Below, one piece after another: positions 1 through 6,470 of a DNA stretch of 10,598 bases (its first letter is position 1; the number at the start of each line of letters is the position of its first letter). The notes below the pieces were generated by a model, which ran no database searches, was not told where the DNA came from, and saw only the letters and a list, made by a program, of their open reading frames with translations. Position numbers and translations under genes: made by a program. The DNA is from a virus. Lineage: Duplodnaviria; Heunggongvirae; Uroviricota; Caudoviricetes. The DNA is taken from the IMG/VR virus record IMGVR_UViG_2778261346_000012. The stretch is one strand, 5' to 3'.

Positions 1-1164
1 ATGGCTCTAACCGATATACAAATCAAACGCGCAAAACCACAAGACAAACCATATACATTGAATGATGGGCAAGGCTTGTCATTACTCATCAACCCAGACG
101 GCTCAAAGGGATGGCGCTTCCGTTTTCGTTTTGCAGGCAAAGCGCGGCTAATGTCATTTGGTAGTTATGATCTTGTAAGCCTCGCGGAAGCACGTGAGAA
201 ACGCGATACGGCACGTAAACAGGTTGCAAACGGCATTGACCCAGTAGAAGAACGTAAGGCTCAGAAACTTGCTCAGAAATTATCAACTGAAAACTCTTTT
301 GAGGCCGTTAGCAGAGAATGGTATGCAGCAAAAGCAGACCGCTGGACAGTTGCCTATCGCGAAGAAATCATTAGGACGTTTGAACATGATGTTTTTCCTT
401 TTATTGGTAAACGACCAATATCTGAAATTAAACCGCTAGAGTTGCTTGAAGTACTTAAGCGTATAGAAAAACGTGGGGCATTGGAGAAAACAAGAAAAGT
501 ACGACAAAGATGCGGAGAAGTGTTTCGTTACGCGATCATCACTGGCCGCGCTGAATACAACCCGGCACCTGATTTAGCTATAGCGTTAGCCGCTCCAAAG
601 CAAAAACATCATCCTTTTCTCACTGCAGAAGAATTACCTTACTTCGTCAGAGATCTTGAAGCTTACACGGGCAGTATCATCACTAAAAATGCGACCAAGA
701 TTGTGATGCTTACAGGTGTAAGAACACAGGAAATGCGCTTTGCCACTTGGGAAGAAGTTGATTTAGAAAAAGGGATATGGGAAATACCTGCAGAACGTAT
801 GAAAATGCGTCGTCCTCACCTTGTCCCTTTGTCAACGCAGGTAATCGATCTTTTCAACCAACTAAAACCAATTACAGGACACTACCCATACATCTTCATA
901 GGAAGGAACAACCGCAGAAAACCTATCAGTAAGGAAAGTGTAAATCAAGTAATTGAACTCCTCGGGTATAAAGGAAGAGTTACAGGACACGGTTTTAGAC
1001 ATAGTTTATCGACAATCTTGCATGAGAAAGGCTATAACAGCAATTGGATAGAGCTACAACTAGCACATGTTGATAAAAACAGCATAAGAGGCACTTACAA
1101 CCATGCACAGTACCTCTTACAACGGAAAGAAATGCTTCAGTGGTATGCTGATTTTTTAATGTAA
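1..1164 (+). CDS. int: P4-type tyrosine integrase (site-specific recombinase)
   Basis: 387-aa ORF with ATG start and TAA stop. N-terminus MALTDIQIKRAKPQDKPYTLNDGQGLSLLINPDGSKGWRFRFRF is typical of the P4 integrase arm-binding domain. C-terminal catalytic signatures: GHGFRHSLST (H-x-x-R) and RGTYNHAQY (tyrosine nucleophile). Confidence 0.95.
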   Translation: MALTDIQIKRAKPQDKPYTLNDGQGLSLLINPDGSKGWRFRFRFAGKARLMSFGSYDLVSLAEAREKRDTARKQVANGIDPVEERKAQKLAQKLSTENSFEAVSREWYAAKADRWTVAYREEIIRTFEHDVFPFIGKRPISEIKPLELLEVLKRIEKRGALEKTRKVRQRCGEVFRYAIITGRAEYNPAPDLAIALAAPKQKHHPFLTAEELPYFVRDLEAYTGSIITKNATKIVMLTGVRTQEMRFATWEEVDLEKGIWEIPAERMKMRRPHLVPLSTQVIDLFNQLKPITGHYPYIFIGRNNRRKPISKESVNQVIELLGYKGRVTGHGFRHSLSTILHEKGYNSNWIELQLAHVDKNSIRGTYNHAQYLLQRKEMLQWYADFLM

Positions 1165-1173
1165 GGAGAAAAT

Positions 1174-3045
1174 ATGACTTATTTTACTAACACAGCAGTA
1201 AATATCGAAGGAAACAGAAAGTTAAGAACTCCTCAAATCGAGGCCTATATAAAAATAAGGGAGTTTTTCAGCGACCCTGAGCACCGTGAAGCTCTTGTGA
1301 TTCTACCTACAGGCACAGGTAAAAGTGGGTTAATTTCTATTGCACCATACGGTGTATCTCAAAAAAGAGTTTTGATTATTACACCAGGTCTTGTTACCAA
1401 AGATAGTATTAGAAAGACACAAGAAGTATTAGAAGATAACTTTTGGATAAATTATGACATTGTCTTCAGCAGTAAAGATATTCCTGTAGTTAGTGAATAT
1501 ACACCAGATATATCTTCTGAACACTTAGAACAAAGCCACATTATATTTTCTAATATACAACGTATATCTGGAAATAGAAAAAGCGCACTAATTAATAGAG
1601 TTCCAGAAGATTTCTTTGATTTTATTATCGTTGATGAAGCACATCATGCACCAGCCCAAAGCTGGCGTGATGCTCTTAAATATTTCTCTAAAGCAAAAGT
1701 TTTACATGTCACAGGAACCCCTTATCGTGGTGATGCTCAAGAAATCCCGGGAGAAATAATTCATGAAACACCATTGTCAGAAGTGATGAGAGCAAAATAT
1801 GTAAAATGGTTAAGAAAAGAAACTGTTAATGCTCATGAGTTGTACTTCACAACTCCAGATATACCTAACAAAAAACTAACTAAAGAAGATATTTTAGAAT
1901 TTAAAGATAAAGAATGGATTGAAAAAAGCATTGCCCTATCTCCGGAGTGTTCAAATGATGTGATTGAGCATAGTATTTTAAAACTAAATATACTTAAAGA
2001 AGCATCACCTAAAGTCCCACATAAAATTCTCGCTGTAGGATGTAGCATTACTCATGCCGAAGATCTAGCTAAATGGTATGAAGCAAAAGGTCTACGTGTA
2101 GTTATAATTCATAGTGAAATGGATGATGAAGTAAAAGCAGACGCTTTCCTTAACATTGAAAATCATAACGCCGATGTTGTTATATCGGTAAATATGTTAA
2201 TGGAGGGCTATGACCATAAGTATTTAAGCATTTTGGCAATCTTCAGACCTTACAGGAGCCTTAATGCATTTGCTCAAGTTGTTGGCAGAATTCTACGTGC
2301 GATTCCTGAAAACGAGATTACTGCATTTGAAATAGATAATAATGGAATTGTGATTTTTCATGAAGAAATTGGATTAAATCCAATGTGGGAAAAATTCCAG
2401 AGCGAAGTAGATAGAGCCAAAAGAACCATCAATCGAGAATATACATTTACTGATGATTATTATAGAGAAAGAGAAAACTTTTTGGCTGGTGTCGCAAGTG
2501 ATGGGGCTTACGTCAGTGATCAAGATTCTTATTTAGAAGATGTTGATTTTAACTCTTTATTCGAAGAAAAAAGAGCTGAAATAAACAAAAAAGTTGATGA
2601 ACAATTAGAAATATTCAGGAAGGCAAGTCTTGATGCAGGATTAACGTTACCTGATGACACTCTGAAATTGTTTAAAAGAGACTTAATTGAACAAGAATCT
2701 AGGAAAGCTGCTGGAGAAATAGATCAAGATCTAGTAGAAAAAAGGCCGCATCTTGCTCGTAAAAAAATGAGAGAGATCTTAACCGCTAAGATTAAAGAAG
2801 AGGCTTCTAACCTTCTGATAATAAATGGCCTCGATGAGAAAGGACAAGAACTGCAACCTATTTTTTCACCACATCTTAGGAATCTACAGACAACCGATGC
2901 AAATGATGCTATTATTGTAAAATTCATTTTGGGTAAATTGTATAGACAGTTTGGTCCTGTAAAAGATCGAGACAACCAAACTTTACAGAACTCAATTAAT
3001 TCAATACCTGAGATCTTAGCTGAAGTGTCGAGGATGTTAAAATGA
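1174..3045 (+). CDS. SF2 DEAD/DEAH-box (ResIII-like) helicase-family protein with ~240-aa C-terminal extension of unknown function; candidate defence protein
   Basis: 623-aa ORF. AGGAG RBS at 1164-1168, ATG at 1174, 9 bp after the int stop. Helicase motifs in order: PTGTGKSG (Walker A / motif I), IIVDEAHH (DEAH, motif II), VTGTP (motif III), SVNMLMEGYD (motif V-like), QVVGRILR (motif VI). C-terminal third is charged and low-complexity with no nuclease or other motif I recognise. AT-rich codon usage unlike the satellite core. Confidence 0.9.
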   Translation: MTYFTNTAVNIEGNRKLRTPQIEAYIKIREFFSDPEHREALVILPTGTGKSGLISIAPYGVSQKRVLIITPGLVTKDSIRKTQEVLEDNFWINYDIVFSSKDIPVVSEYTPDISSEHLEQSHIIFSNIQRISGNRKSALINRVPEDFFDFIIVDEAHHAPAQSWRDALKYFSKAKVLHVTGTPYRGDAQEIPGEIIHETPLSEVMRAKYVKWLRKETVNAHELYFTTPDIPNKKLTKEDILEFKDKEWIEKSIALSPECSNDVIEHSILKLNILKEASPKVPHKILAVGCSITHAEDLAKWYEAKGLRVVIIHSEMDDEVKADAFLNIENHNADVVISVNMLMEGYDHKYLSILAIFRPYRSLNAFAQVVGRILRAIPENEITAFEIDNNGIVIFHEEIGLNPMWEKFQSEVDRAKRTINREYTFTDDYYRERENFLAGVASDGAYVSDQDSYLEDVDFNSLFEEKRAEINKKVDEQLEIFRKASLDAGLTLPDDTLKLFKRDLIEQESRKAAGEIDQDLVEKRPHLARKKMREILTAKIKEEASNLLIINGLDEKGQELQPIFSPHLRNLQTTDANDAIIVKFILGKLYRQFGPVKDRDNQTLQNSINSIPEILAEVSRMLK

Positions 3046-3464
3046 TTAATGTAGCTCAAATTTTGAAAAATTTAGCTGCCTTTTGTTCAGTCAAGGGAGT
3101 TCAACCTGATGAACTTGTGACCGCTATATTTGAAAAAGAATATAAAAAAATTGAAACATACAAGGTCAATTGTCTTATTTATTTCATCATGGATTACTCC
3201 GAAAAAATTGATGATGATGAAACATTTATTTCTATGCGTTATATTTATGACGAGAATAAATCACTTATAAAAATAGAACAAAAGCTAAACAATGGACGTT
3301 ATCATACCCAGTGGGACAGAAATGACGCACTGAAGAAATATATAATAAATCAACTTTCTGAACTTCCATATCAGAAAAGAGACGAGGTCTATCAGACAAT
3401 TTTAGAAAATATACCTATTGATGCAAGTTACTCCTTACCTCCAAGGCTAAAGCTTGTTAGCTAA
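3042..3464 (+). CDS. Hypothetical 140-aa protein, translationally coupled partner of the helicase
   Basis: ATG at 3042 overlaps the helicase TGA stop (ATGA, 3042-3045). GAGGA RBS at 3030-3034. Same AT-rich composition. Followed directly by an intrinsic terminator. No motif recognised by eye. Confidence 0.75.
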   Translation: MINVAQILKNLAAFCSVKGVQPDELVTAIFEKEYKKIETYKVNCLIYFIMDYSEKIDDDETFISMRYIYDENKSLIKIEQKLNNGRYHTQWDRNDALKKYIINQLSELPYQKRDEVYQTILENIPIDASYSLPPRLKLVS

Positions 3465-3479
3465 GTTATAATTTCACTG

Positions 3480-3504
3480 AAGGCACCATTTGGTGCCTTT
3501 TTTT
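3480..3504 (+). terminator. Rho-independent terminator of the int-helicase-partner operon
   Basis: Stem AAGGCACC (3480-3487), loop ATTT, stem GGTGCCTT (3492-3499), merging into a 7-T run (3498-3504). Lies 16 bp after the 3464 stop. Confidence 0.75.
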
Positions 3505-3591
3505 CAATGCAAATATATCCAAACTCAATGTAATCTATAAAAACCGTTTTACCTCCACATTATGAATAATATAAATATACACTGGCGCGCA

Positions 3592-3610
3592 GTGCTTTCC
3601 CCGCCTCGCC
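3592..3610 (-). other. cos: cos site: 19-nt P2/P4 cohesive-end sequence
   Basis: Plus strand reads GTGCTTTCCCCGCCTCGCC, the reverse complement of GGCGAGGCGGGGAAAGCAC, which I recall as the P2/P4 cohesive end. The extended reverse complement GGCGAGGCGGGGAAAGCACTGCGCGC matches my memory of the P2 genome left end. Sits between the cargo and psu, as in P4. Confidence 0.8.
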
Positions 3611-3713
3611 CGCCCGCTTTGCAGGGCGGTTTTAATGCAGTTGCACAGTCACGCTCAGGCTGCGCCGGGAATGGCGCGGTCTGCAGAAAATGAGGCAGGA
3701 AAACGCATGCAAA

Positions 3714-3744
3714 GCCATGCACCTTATCGATGCATGGCTTTTTT
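3714..3744. terminator. Terminator-like hairpin between cos and psu; orientation ambiguous, possibly bidirectional
   Basis: Perfect 8-bp stem GCCATGCA (3714-3721) / TGCATGGC (3731-3738), 9-nt loop, then TTTTTT (3739-3744) on the plus strand. On the minus strand the same hairpin is followed only by TTTGCAT, so termination of psu here is weaker. Confidence 0.5.
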
Positions 3745-3774
3745 CAGTAAAAACGGGCGGATTTTCGGGGAATT

Positions 3775-4347
3775 TTACACAGACTGACGTGATGCCAGTT
3801 GCGCACTTTTACGCGAAAAAATCATGTTCTGCGCAGGGGTGAATTTTTCACGGCTGTCATCCACAGAAGCCGCGTCAGGCCTGAATCCGATAGTCGTTAA
3901 AATGTCGCTATCCTGTGCGGAATAATTAATTTTTTCACCCTTCGCAAGCCAGGACAGGAGGGCTTCACGCAGGGCATCTGTGGCACGCTGTATGGCACAG
4001 TTTCGGGCAATGACCGTCAGCTCACTGTAGCCCATCAGCTCCGGTGCCAGTGCCGCCGCCAGTGCTGTGCCGTGCTGCTGCATAAAATCATTCAGCCGGT
4101 CGCGGATGCTGATGTGCTGAACGGCTTCATGCGAACGAATATAACGACCGGCGGCCTGATTCACCTGCCATTTTCTGACTTCGATAATATTGCGTAATTC
4201 GTCCAGGCGGCTGACGTTTCTGCCTTCTCCTGACAGAAGCCGCAGATATTCCTGTTCGGCCGCTGCCAGCTCATTTTTGCGTTGCAGCCATGCTGCTTTG
4301 TTATTCTGACAGGTGTCAAAGGCCTGCTGTAAGGCTGTGCTTTCCAT
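3775..4347 (-). CDS. psu: Psu, polarity suppression protein (Rho antagonist / capsid decoration)
   Basis: 190-aa ORF, ATG start. Sequence MESTALQQAFDTCQNNKAAWLQRKNELAAAEQEYLRLL... matches my memory of P4 Psu in both sequence and length. Last gene of the sid-delta-psu operon, next to cos. Confidence 0.93.
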   Translation of the reverse strand: MESTALQQAFDTCQNNKAAWLQRKNELAAAEQEYLRLLSGEGRNVSRLDELRNIIEVRKWQVNQAAGRYIRSHEAVQHISIRDRLNDFMQQHGTALAAALAPELMGYSELTVIARNCAIQRATDALREALLSWLAKGEKINYSAQDSDILTTIGFRPDAASVDDSREKFTPAQNMIFSRKSAQLASRQSV

Positions 4348-4420
4348 CGTTATCTCTTTCTCATCATGCTGAAGAATAAAAATACGGTGTGCGGCGACGG
4401 CCGGGGTTAACCGGCAGCCT

Positions 4421-4921
4421 TCATTCCAGACGCAGCGAATATGATTGTGTTTTTAACCGTACTGGCGGCAGTTCCTGTTTTTCATGCAGGCGTTCTGCCA
4501 GTTCGTCCGGCGTGACCGGGCGGACAATGAAGCGGGTGATGGTCTGAAGCGTTTTAAACACCAGACCACAGCCCGGATCCGTGCACACATAAAAACGCTC
4601 GGTGACTTCCTGAGACAGACGCCGCGATGTTCTTGACAGTGCAAGGCCTTTACATCTCCGACAACAATATCCGGTAACAAGCATTCTTTTCGGGCGTTTC
4701 ATACTGCCGGAGGCTGACGTCAGTGAATCGCGGTATCTCTGTTTGCCTGAAATGTATTCCATTCCTGAATCTTTACAGTCAGAGAAAAAGCTTTCACTCG
4801 CTTCAAATGTCGCAGAGCAATAAATATTCCGGCACTGTGCAATCATTATCTTGGTGCCATCGTCCATGAAATGTGCGCGACGGGTGTGAGCAACATGTCC
4901 ACACGACGGGCAGTAAATCAT
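4421..4921 (-). CDS. delta: Delta, late-gene transcriptional activator (tandem Ogr-like zinc-finger domains)
   Basis: Chosen start is the internal ATG at 4921-4919 (MIYCPSCGH...), giving 166 aa, the P4 Delta length. It overlaps the sid TGA stop (ATGA) and has a GAGGA RBS about 10 nt upstream. The ORF-track start at 4978 is a GTG that would overlap sid by 60 nt. Two Ogr-like Cys clusters are present: CPSCGH...C..C and CCRRC...C..C. Confidence 0.88.
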   Translation of the reverse strand: MIYCPSCGHVAHTRRAHFMDDGTKIMIAQCRNIYCSATFEASESFFSDCKDSGMEYISGKQRYRDSLTSASGSMKRPKRMLVTGYCCRRCKGLALSRTSRRLSQEVTERFYVCTDPGCGLVFKTLQTITRFIVRPVTPDELAERLHEKQELPPVRLKTQSYSLRLE

Positions 4922-5652
4922 GACAGCAGTCCTCTGGCCTTCAGCTCTGCTCCCTGCTGGTCTATTTTGTCCTGCCACACCTTGCGCTGTGCCGGTGTGC
5001 CTGCCACCTCATAATCCATGTGCGGAAGTGTTGCCGCTGACAGTCCGGTCAGCCGGAGAACCGGCTCACCGGTGAGGCTGATTTGCATCTGTTTAATTTT
5101 CTGTTCCAGCGATGATTTCACCTGCTGCATGACAGCCTTTTCCGGTGCGACATAGCCCTGATGGCCGGTGGTGTTGGCGAGCGGATTTTCCTGTACCAGG
5201 ATGCTCAGATGCATTGCCCGGACAAGCGCCTCACAGGTTTCATTCAGGGCGTGTTCCAGCTCATGCTCTGCATACAGACTCAGAAGATGATGATGTGCCT
5301 TCCGGTAGGCGGTGGCCGTGCTGTCACACGCCCCTTTCAGGCGTTCACGTTCAAAATTCAGCACCACGGCCAGATTGTCATATTCCTGTACCAGCTCCCG
5401 GCGTGCCACGCGCTCAATGTGGCGCTGTTTCAGCTCGTCGCTCAGGACACCACCGGCTGCACGAAAGGCCGTGCGCCAGTCGTCAGCATCGTTTCCGTCG
5501 GCCTGCGTCAGCGCATTTTTTTCCTGCTCTGCCCGTTCAATGGCCGTGACGGTCTCATCCATCAGGCGGGCGTTCTCAAGATGAGCGACTCTGGCCTTTT
5601 CCAGTTGTGCCAGTGCGGGTTGCAGATATTCAGGGATGGTGTTGTCAGACAT
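4918..5652 (-). CDS. sid: Sid, capsid size determination (external scaffold) protein
   Basis: Start taken at ATG 5652-5650 (MSDNTIPEYLQ...), giving 244 aa, the P4 Sid length. GAGGAG RBS 8 nt upstream. The ORF-track start at 5670 is an upstream in-frame GTG. Confidence 0.9.
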   Translation of the reverse strand: MSDNTIPEYLQPALAQLEKARVAHLENARLMDETVTAIERAEQEKNALTQADGNDADDWRTAFRAAGGVLSDELKQRHIERVARRELVQEYDNLAVVLNFERERLKGACDSTATAYRKAHHHLLSLYAEHELEHALNETCEALVRAMHLSILVQENPLANTTGHQGYVAPEKAVMQQVKSSLEQKIKQMQISLTGEPVLRLTGLSAATLPHMDYEVAGTPAQRKVWQDKIDQQGAELKARGLLS

Positions 5653-5686
5653 TTTCCGGCTCCTCGTCACTTCAGGTTAAGAAAAT

Positions 5687-5742
5687 TGTGACGTACACCG
5701 GACAACAACACGACGCATTGCAGATGTGCCAGCCCTGACACA
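5687..5742 (-). promoter_or_regulatory. Psid late promoter region with two TGT-N12-ACA activator (Delta/Ogr) binding dyads
   Basis: TGTGCCAGCCCTGACACA at 5725-5742 and TGTGACGTACACCGGACA at 5687-5704, both TGT-N12-ACA, centred 38 bp apart. If the distal dyad is at about -55 the TSS falls near 5678, some 26 nt upstream of the sid ATG. TGT-N12-ACA at -55 is the established P2/P4 late-promoter activator site. Confidence 0.6.
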
Positions 5743-5821
5743 GGAGACTCATCCTCAGACCGGCAAGCCAGGAAAAGGTCGCAGGAAAAACCGGCTTACT
5801 GTTTGTTTTTTTATATTTTAC

Positions 5822-5925
5822 TGTTCACCTCTGTTCACCTTAATAAAAAAGATAAGTAATACAGTAAGTTAAAGGGTGAACAATCGCAGTAATGACTGTT
5901 CACCGTCTGTTCACCACTGTTCACC
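5822..5925. repeat. ori: Origin of replication (ori): six TGTTCACC type-I iterons (alpha-binding octamers)
   Basis: TGTTCACC at 5822-5829, 5832-5839, 5897-5904, 5908-5915, 5918-5925, plus an inverted copy GGTGAACA at 5875-5882. Direct copies are spaced 10-11 bp apart. Flanked by very AT-rich DNA (5805-5820 and 5935-6030). From memory, P4 alpha binds TGTTCACC octamers in ori and crr. Confidence 0.75.
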
Positions 5926-6083
5926 CGTTGATGGGCTTTTTGTGCTGTTTATTACTTTTTATTTTTATTAATTCACTGAAATAAATAAGAAAAAACGATT
6001 TGTATTTCACTATAATTTTTTCCAGCTCCTTCCAGAGCGTTTTAAAGCTATCTGGCGCTGATGTACAAAAAACGCACAGCCAT

Positions 6084-6101
6084 TGTAAGGCTGCCGGAAC
6101 A
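6084..6101 (+). promoter_or_regulatory. PLL late promoter activator site (TGT-N12-ACA dyad)
   Basis: TGTAAGGCTGCCGGAACA at 6084-6101. If centred at -55 the TSS is near 6147, about 57 nt upstream of vis and about 395 bp upstream of the predicted PLE start. That fits the literature statement, as I recall it, that PLL lies about 400 nt upstream of PLE. Confidence 0.55.
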
Positions 6102-6203
6102 AATCCCCCCTGTTGCGTCTGCCAAAAATATTCACAAAATAAAGCGCTACCCGAAGCCGGACGGACTTATCCGGTGCTGTATGGACATTAACGAGGTAGC
6201 CCG

Positions 6204-6470
6204 ATGCAAGCTGTTTTTTCTTCCCCGTCTCCCGCCCCTGTGACGCCACTGATGCCGCTGCCGGACATCACGCAGGAGCGTTTTTTACGTCTGCCGGAAG
6301 TGATGCACCTGTGCGGCCTGTCACGCTCGACCATCTATGAACTCATCCGTAAGGGGGAATTTCCGCCGCAGGTGAGTCTTGGCGGTAAAAATGTGGCCTG
6401 GCTGCACTCTGAAGTCACCGCATGGATGGCCGGCCGCATTGCCGGACGCAAACGGGGGTATGACGCATGA
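6204..6470 (+). CDS. vis: Vis, AlpA-family helix-turn-helix regulator / excision factor (P4 orf88)
   Basis: 88-aa ORF, GAGG RBS 7 nt upstream of ATG 6204. AlpA-like core [30 protein letters not shown]. Stop overlaps the eta start (ATGA). Confidence 0.85.
   Translation: MQAVFSSPSPAPVTPLMPLPDITQERFLRLPEVMHLCGLSRSTIYELIRKGEFPPQVSLGGKNVAWLHSEVTAWMAGRIAGRKRGYDA

Noticed and set aside
1833-3059. Minus-strand ORFs of 71 and 111 aa inside the helicase gene
   Set aside because: Antisense to a motif-supported CDS; no start context; AT-rich chance frames.
3610-3633. GC hairpin plus TTTT just after cos as an independent terminator
   Set aside because: It abuts the cos 19-mer and is more likely part of the terminase recognition region. 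The int operon already has a stronger terminator at 3480-3504. Kept as part of the cos finding.
4922-4978. Extended N-terminus of delta (ORF-track start at 4978)
   Set aside because: The track start is a GTG that would overlap sid by 60 nt. The internal ATG at 4921 has an RBS, overlaps the sid stop as ATGA, and yields the canonical 166-aa Delta.
5653-5670. Extended N-terminus of sid (ORF-track start at 5670)
   Set aside because: The upstream start is GTG and would place the GAGGAG RBS inside the coding region. ATG 5652 gives the canonical 244-aa Sid beginning MSDNTIPEY.
5145-5691. Three overlapping plus-strand ORFs (134, 176 and 90 aa) antisense to sid
   Set aside because: They lie entirely inside the well-supported sid gene on the opposite strand, in GC-rich DNA where long antisense ORFs arise by chance. 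No RBS or recognisable motif.
5822-5925. Possible CRISPR array suggested by the short direct repeats
   Set aside because: The repeats are only 8 bp, irregularly spaced at one helical turn, include an inverted copy, and have no cas genes or spacers. They are ori iterons.
6000-6249. Small ORFs (60-79 aa, both strands) between the ori iterons and vis
   Set aside because: They sit in the AT-rich PLL promoter/leader region, overlap each other, and lack RBSs. More likely non-coding regulatory DNA.
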